Shown: positions 6,708 to 10,295 of the stretch, in pieces
Layout of the letters: each line of letters starts with the position of its first letter
How positions within the stretch are numbered: the first letter of the stretch is position 1
From: Candidatus Hermodarchaeota archaeon
GTDB taxonomy: Archaea; Asgardarchaeota; Hermodarchaeia; Hermodarchaeales; Hermodarchaeaceae
Assembly: GCA_016839365.1 (NCBI GenBank)
Contig: JAEOUH010000024.1
Location: 1-10,295, forward strand
DNA: 10,295 bases
Direction of reading: 5' to 3'
Position numbers and translations under genes: made by a program
Notes under the pieces: model-generated
What the model was told of the DNA's origin: nothing
The model's database searches: none
Seen by the model: only the letters and a program-made list of their open reading frames with translations

Positions 6708-7205
6708 TTAAATGGCTTCAGGTGTCCAGGTTGTGAGTACCGTATGGGTTGAGGTCTCGACGACCCCATCAATGTCAGCAGCTTTCGATAAAAACTCTGC
6801 TAGTTCTGCCCCGCCGACGGCAACCACGATATCCACCGATCCTGTCACACGGTGAAGACGAATCGGATTAAGCTGTTTTAATTGTTCATAGACATCGAAT
6901 CGTGACTTTGGTTCAACTTTCAAAAAGACCAGTGCTTGATCAGTGGATTTTCCTAATAGCCGAAGAGAATCGGGTGACAAGTCAATGAATCCTCGACCCG
7001 TTCGAATAAGCTTGAGGGCACGAAGCTTACGTAAATGGTTACTCAACGCCTGTCGTGTAATCTTCAGCTCTTTGGCTAATTCCGACTGCGTTTGGGTAAC
7101 GGTTTGCACCGACATCGGAATACTCGCCTGATAGAGCTTTCGTAAAATCTCAAGCTGCCTTTCAGTTAATCGTACAACTCTGTCAACTAATTCCAATAAG
7201 TCCAC
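6708..7205 (-). CDS. Transcriptional regulator: winged HTH plus Lrp/AsnC (RAM) ligand-binding domain
   Basis: HTH TQSELAKELKITRQALSNHLRKL with wing IRTGRGFIDL. The C-terminal ALVFLKV...HRVTGSVDIV...IDGVVETSTHTVL is typical of Lrp/AsnC domains. Confidence 0.85.
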   Translation of the reverse strand: MDLLELVDRVVRLTERQLEILRKLYQASIPMSVQTVTQTQSELAKELKITRQALSNHLRKLRALKLIRTGRGFIDLSPDSLRLLGKSTDQALVFLKVEPKSRFDVYEQLKQLNPIRLHRVTGSVDIVVAVGGAELAEFLSKAADIDGVVETSTHTVLTTWTPEAI

Positions 7206-7396
7206 ACCTGTTAGAATGTGTATTTGACGATTAGGAGCATTGCCTTTTCAGGGTTGTTCTTGTGTAAAGTAAATCGCACTAATATGACAAGGGGGGCATG
7301 TGGGTCATTAGAGGGGAACGTTTTTTAACCTTCTAGCGGTAGCCTCTCAACGAATCTATCTGTTCCTCAGGGCAGCAAGAAAGAGAAGGACTAACC

Positions 7397-7906
7397 GTGA
7401 AATCACCGCTCTGTGAAATTTGTTTGAAAAACTATCCACTCATCTGTGGTAATTGCCAAGAAAAGATCAATGAAGGTGAAATAACTGAAATTGGCGTCAG
7501 GGTAGCGCGAGTGCTCACCAATTTAGAAGACCTTTTTCCCTCCATCAAAAACGTCACCTTCAAACGAGTAGTAGAAATTGATGGGGTCATCATCGTGATT
7601 GTTGCCAAAGGAGATGTTCGTCGCATCCTTGGCTCCAGTAGACGGGTTTTACGTCAGTTGGAAGAAGAACTCAAAGCCCAAGTTAGAATTGTGGAAGAAA
7701 GCCGTAATCCTCAAGACATCCTTCGGGATCTAATTCGGCCAGTCCGGATTCTTGGAGTCAACACCATCTGGCTTCCCGACAACAGCTTTGAACGGATAGT
7801 ACGGATAAGTGAACGGGAACGTGACAGAATCCCCCTCTCGCTTGCACAGTTAGAAAGTGCGATCTATGAAATGACGAATGAAAGAATCCGGATGGTGTTC
7901 GATTAA
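7397..7906 (+). CDS. Archaeal NusA-like KH-domain protein with N-terminal Cys4 motif
   Basis: PLCEIC...ICGNCQEK, then KH-like ILGSSRRVLRQLEEEL...VRIVE and LIRPVRILGVNTIWLPD, characteristic of the archaeal NusA paralog family. Confidence 0.8.
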   Translation: MKSPLCEICLKNYPLICGNCQEKINEGEITEIGVRVARVLTNLEDLFPSIKNVTFKRVVEIDGVIIVIVAKGDVRRILGSSRRVLRQLEEELKAQVRIVEESRNPQDILRDLIRPVRILGVNTIWLPDNSFERIVRISERERDRIPLSLAQLESAIYEMTNERIRMVFD

Positions 7907-7914
7907 ATCCAGAC

Positions 7915-9219
7915 TCAGAGCTGAGCGGGTGAGTCGGGCTTCATGAACTCACGCAGAATCACTGATGCGTAGCTCCCTTTTTGTAGGTCAAACTTTACCT
8001 GGACTGGCGTATCATCCTCCGCATCAATCACCACTAATTGTAGATTACTTGGGGTAACTAATAACGGTCGAAAAGTTCCGCGTGAACTAAATGCGGGCAT
8101 CTCTTCGATTCGAAAATGGGACGGCGTGATGTTTTCAGTTTTCAGAATGGAACTGATAATTTCGCCCATAATTCCATCTAATGGAACGTGCTCGAAGTCG
8201 AAGCCAATAATCGGGACCACTAGGATGCGCGTTCCTTTTTCTACTTCCTGCTGTGCTTTTGATTGCTTGTTCTCTGTCACCATCCTAGCCGTGTGTATCT
8301 CACCCGAATGAGCCATTGTAAAATCACCGACAGTAGGCTCCTGTAATGAGATTCCACGGTTGGCCCTTTCACTAATAACCTGGTTAAAAATGAAGGATTG
8401 GTAGGCATGCACATAGAGTCTGACCAAATCCTTTGGTAACACTTGAAAACTATCATTGAATTTTCCTGGATGTTTATTCAGGTAATGTCCAATTGCTCTC
8501 TCATAATTCCCTGGCGGTAAATCTTCTATTAGTGTCGATTCGTCGTCGTTTGTTGATGACACAGGGTTTTCGAGGAGAATGCGGACTGCCTCCTCGAAAT
8601 TGCCTTGAACGATTTCTTTCCCAATGAGGTGAGTGTTGGGACGCATTACTCCAAAGCGTTGTGGGCCAAAAAAATTCAGTACGCCCCCTGCCTGACTTAT
8701 TTCTTGCTGGATTTGTTCCAAACGCTGTTGTACTTCCTTGGGTGGAAGAGCTACATCACGAACAATGATTGTGAATCGGTTCCCTTTCAAAGCCCCCGGA
8801 ACAATAGACCTTGACACTCGATGAGGATGTAAGATTAAGAGCTGGGGCTCTTCTCGTCCAACAAGATTATGTGGGGGTCCCCGATATGATACGCGCTGGG
8901 AGGTAACTGCTCGCCGATCCTTAATACCCGCATACGAGAAGCGTTTATAGCTGACGCCTATAGACCTACTGAGACGACGGATTGCTTGAATCGAATCGAG
9001 ATTGCGTTTCACAAGAAAAAAAGCTGTAAACTTCCCGGGTTGATCAACGAATTCTTGGTCAGAGGGCTCGAGTGGGGCAATTGAATCATCTAACCCGATT
9101 TCTTGGACAACAAAATCCTCGGGTGTTTTTCTGAGGCGTCCACCAATACCCGGTGCTAAAGTTGTATACACATTCATACCAATGTGGGCATCATATTCTT
9201 GGGCACGCACATAATCCAC
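7915..9219 (-). CDS. truD: tRNA pseudouridine(13) synthase TruD/Pus7
   Basis: PEDFVVQE, catalytic YAGIKDRRAVTSQ, LKGNRF, NFFGPQRFG, HAYQSFIFN and GSYASVILRE. Confidence 0.95.
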   Translation of the reverse strand: MDYVRAQEYDAHIGMNVYTTLAPGIGGRLRKTPEDFVVQEIGLDDSIAPLEPSDQEFVDQPGKFTAFFLVKRNLDSIQAIRRLSRSIGVSYKRFSYAGIKDRRAVTSQRVSYRGPPHNLVGREEPQLLILHPHRVSRSIVPGALKGNRFTIIVRDVALPPKEVQQRLEQIQQEISQAGGVLNFFGPQRFGVMRPNTHLIGKEIVQGNFEEAVRILLENPVSSTNDDESTLIEDLPPGNYERAIGHYLNKHPGKFNDSFQVLPKDLVRLYVHAYQSFIFNQVISERANRGISLQEPTVGDFTMAHSGEIHTARMVTENKQSKAQQEVEKGTRILVVPIIGFDFEHVPLDGIMGEIISSILKTENITPSHFRIEEMPAFSSRGTFRPLLVTPSNLQLVVIDAEDDTPVQVKFDLQKGSYASVILREFMKPDSPAQL

Positions 9220-9227
9220 CGGTCAAA

Positions 9228-9620
9228 TCAAAGTAATTGTAACTCGCTTGTAATCTTATCCACGTTCTTTGTTGGGGCGGGGCCTATTCCTAGGGCCGTA
9301 GTTGTTCCTGGGGGCAACTCTGTGAGACCTCGGTCGCGAACTAAATAGGTTGGTAATCCAGCGCGTTTCGCTTTCTCATAAAGGGCGACCAGATCGGCTT
9401 CATTCGCGACTTTCACAGCGACTTTCTTTTGTCCCTCCCAGAGCCACTTTCGCCATGAGGTAGGTGAATGTTTCCTTGCCTCTTCGGCTGAAGAAACAGC
9501 GGCGTGAGCTACCTGGACCGCAAGTTTTCCACGGCTCATCTTCAAATCCGTTCGGATCACCAACATCTGCTTATATTCGAACTCCTCGATGCTTTTTCTT
9601 GCTGGATTCACATCCTCCAT
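9228..9620 (-). CDS. pth2: Peptidyl-tRNA hydrolase Pth2
   Basis: YKQMLVIRTDLKMSRGKLAVQVAHA, W...GQKKV, DRGLTELPPGTTTALGIGP and VDKIT..L.LL. Start set to ATG 9620 because the longer ORF runs through the AT-rich divergent promoter region. Confidence 0.93.
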   Translation of the reverse strand: MEDVNPARKSIEEFEYKQMLVIRTDLKMSRGKLAVQVAHAAVSSAEEARKHSPTSWRKWLWEGQKKVAVKVANEADLVALYEKAKRAGLPTYLVRDRGLTELPPGTTTALGIGPAPTKNVDKITSELQLL

Positions 9621-9666
9621 CTCATTGCAACCCTCTATTAAATCCCTTAAGTAGTTAGTCATGATT

Positions 9667-9682
9667 GAAAACGATTTAAAAA
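9667..9682 (+). promoter_or_regulatory. Candidate BRE/TATA in the pth2-GGR divergent region
   Basis: GAAAACGA followed by TTTAAAAA, about 50 nt upstream of ATG 9733. Confidence 0.45.
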
Positions 9683-9732
9683 TTGAGGCGTTGTCTGATA
9701 TCACACAACTCTGAAACTGAGATGGACTAGTG

Positions 9733-10295
9733 ATGGCTCTGGATGCGGATGTTATCGTAGTTGGTGCAGGACCGGCTGGAAGTCTTGCAGCCCGACAGTT
9801 AGCACGTAAAGGGCATTCAGTATTACTTCTCGAAGAGCATTCAGACGTTGGGCAACCAGTTCACTGCGCAGGACTCATCGGCATCGAAGGGTTGAGGAAT
9901 AATGGTATTATTCCCCACTCCAATGTAGTACTCCAGCAGGTGCGCCGATCAGTCTTCCACTCACCATCAGGAGCACAATTAACCCTCGATAAGGGGGAAC
10001 CTCATGCCTTTGTCCTTCATCGAGGCCGATTAGATCAACAAATTGCTAAAGAAGCCCAAGCCGCGGGTGCCACCCTACAGCTTGAAACAAGGGTTACCAA
10101 GATCCGCCGTGAACACGATACGATGCTTCTTCATATCACTGAAAGGGGGAAAACCCGCCGCGAGCTTCGCACCCACTTGGTGGTCAACGCCGAAGGAATC
10201 AATGCCCAACTGATGAAGCCTTTCAACTTACCTAGACCGAAACGGGCCTATATGCTCCCTGCCCTCCAGTATGAAGTCTCGAACGTCTCATTACC
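9733..10295 (+). CDS. Geranylgeranyl reductase family FAD-dependent oxidoreductase, N-terminal part (runs off the window end)
   Basis: Not in the ORF track. MALDADVIVVGAGPAGSLAARQLARKGHSVLLLEEHSDVGQPVHCAGLIG has GxGxxG and PxxCAG. Later AFVLHRGRLDQQIAKEAQAAGA and VVNAEG follow. The frame is open to the window end. Confidence 0.88.
   Translation, partial: MALDADVIVVGAGPAGSLAARQLARKGHSVLLLEEHSDVGQPVHCAGLIGIEGLRNNGIIPHSNVVLQQVRRSVFHSPSGAQLTLDKGEPHAFVLHRGRLDQQIAKEAQAAGATLQLETRVTKIRREHDTMLLHITERGKTRRELRTHLVVNAEGINAQLMKPFNLPRPKRAYMLPALQYEVSNVSL

Noticed and set aside
7217-7311. TGTGTA repeated 44 nt apart and a bulged repeat CTAATATGAC/GTCATTAG upstream of the regulator
   Set aside because: Too weak to call an operator without comparative data.
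9621-9704. 28-aa N-terminal extension of Pth2
   Set aside because: It spans the AT-rich divergent promoter and does not resemble Pth2.
1-10295. Mobile elements, CRISPR arrays, stop-codon recoding or frameshifted genes
   Set aside because: I saw no transposase or integrase, no spaced direct repeats, and no interrupted reading frames.

Overview
Archaeal core-genome window. The GGTGA Shine-Dalgarno motifs, ribosomal proteins eL38 and eL40, an intron-containing tRNA, a PAC2 proteasome chaperone and a geranylgeranyl-reductase-family gene point to the TACK/Asgard group; this assignment is inference. Gene order: partial secreted S/T-rich protein (-), stand-alone tRNA-binding OB-fold protein (+), PAC2 chaperone (-), beta-CASP ribonuclease tightly followed by a presenilin-family GxGD intramembrane protease (+), rpl38e, tRNA-Val(CAC) with a 33-nt intron, rpl40e, sucD, sucC and a wHTH-Lrp regulator (all -), NusA-like Zn/KH protein (+), truD and pth2 (-), and a partial GGR-family FAD reductase (+). 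I saw no mobile element or CRISPR array. Two observations stand out. First, the protease resembles eukaryotic presenilin-1 well beyond the catalytic motifs and looks like a minimal presenilin without the large loop. Second, a degenerate intron-less copy of the tRNA D/anticodon region appears to sit directly in the tRNA 3' trailer.
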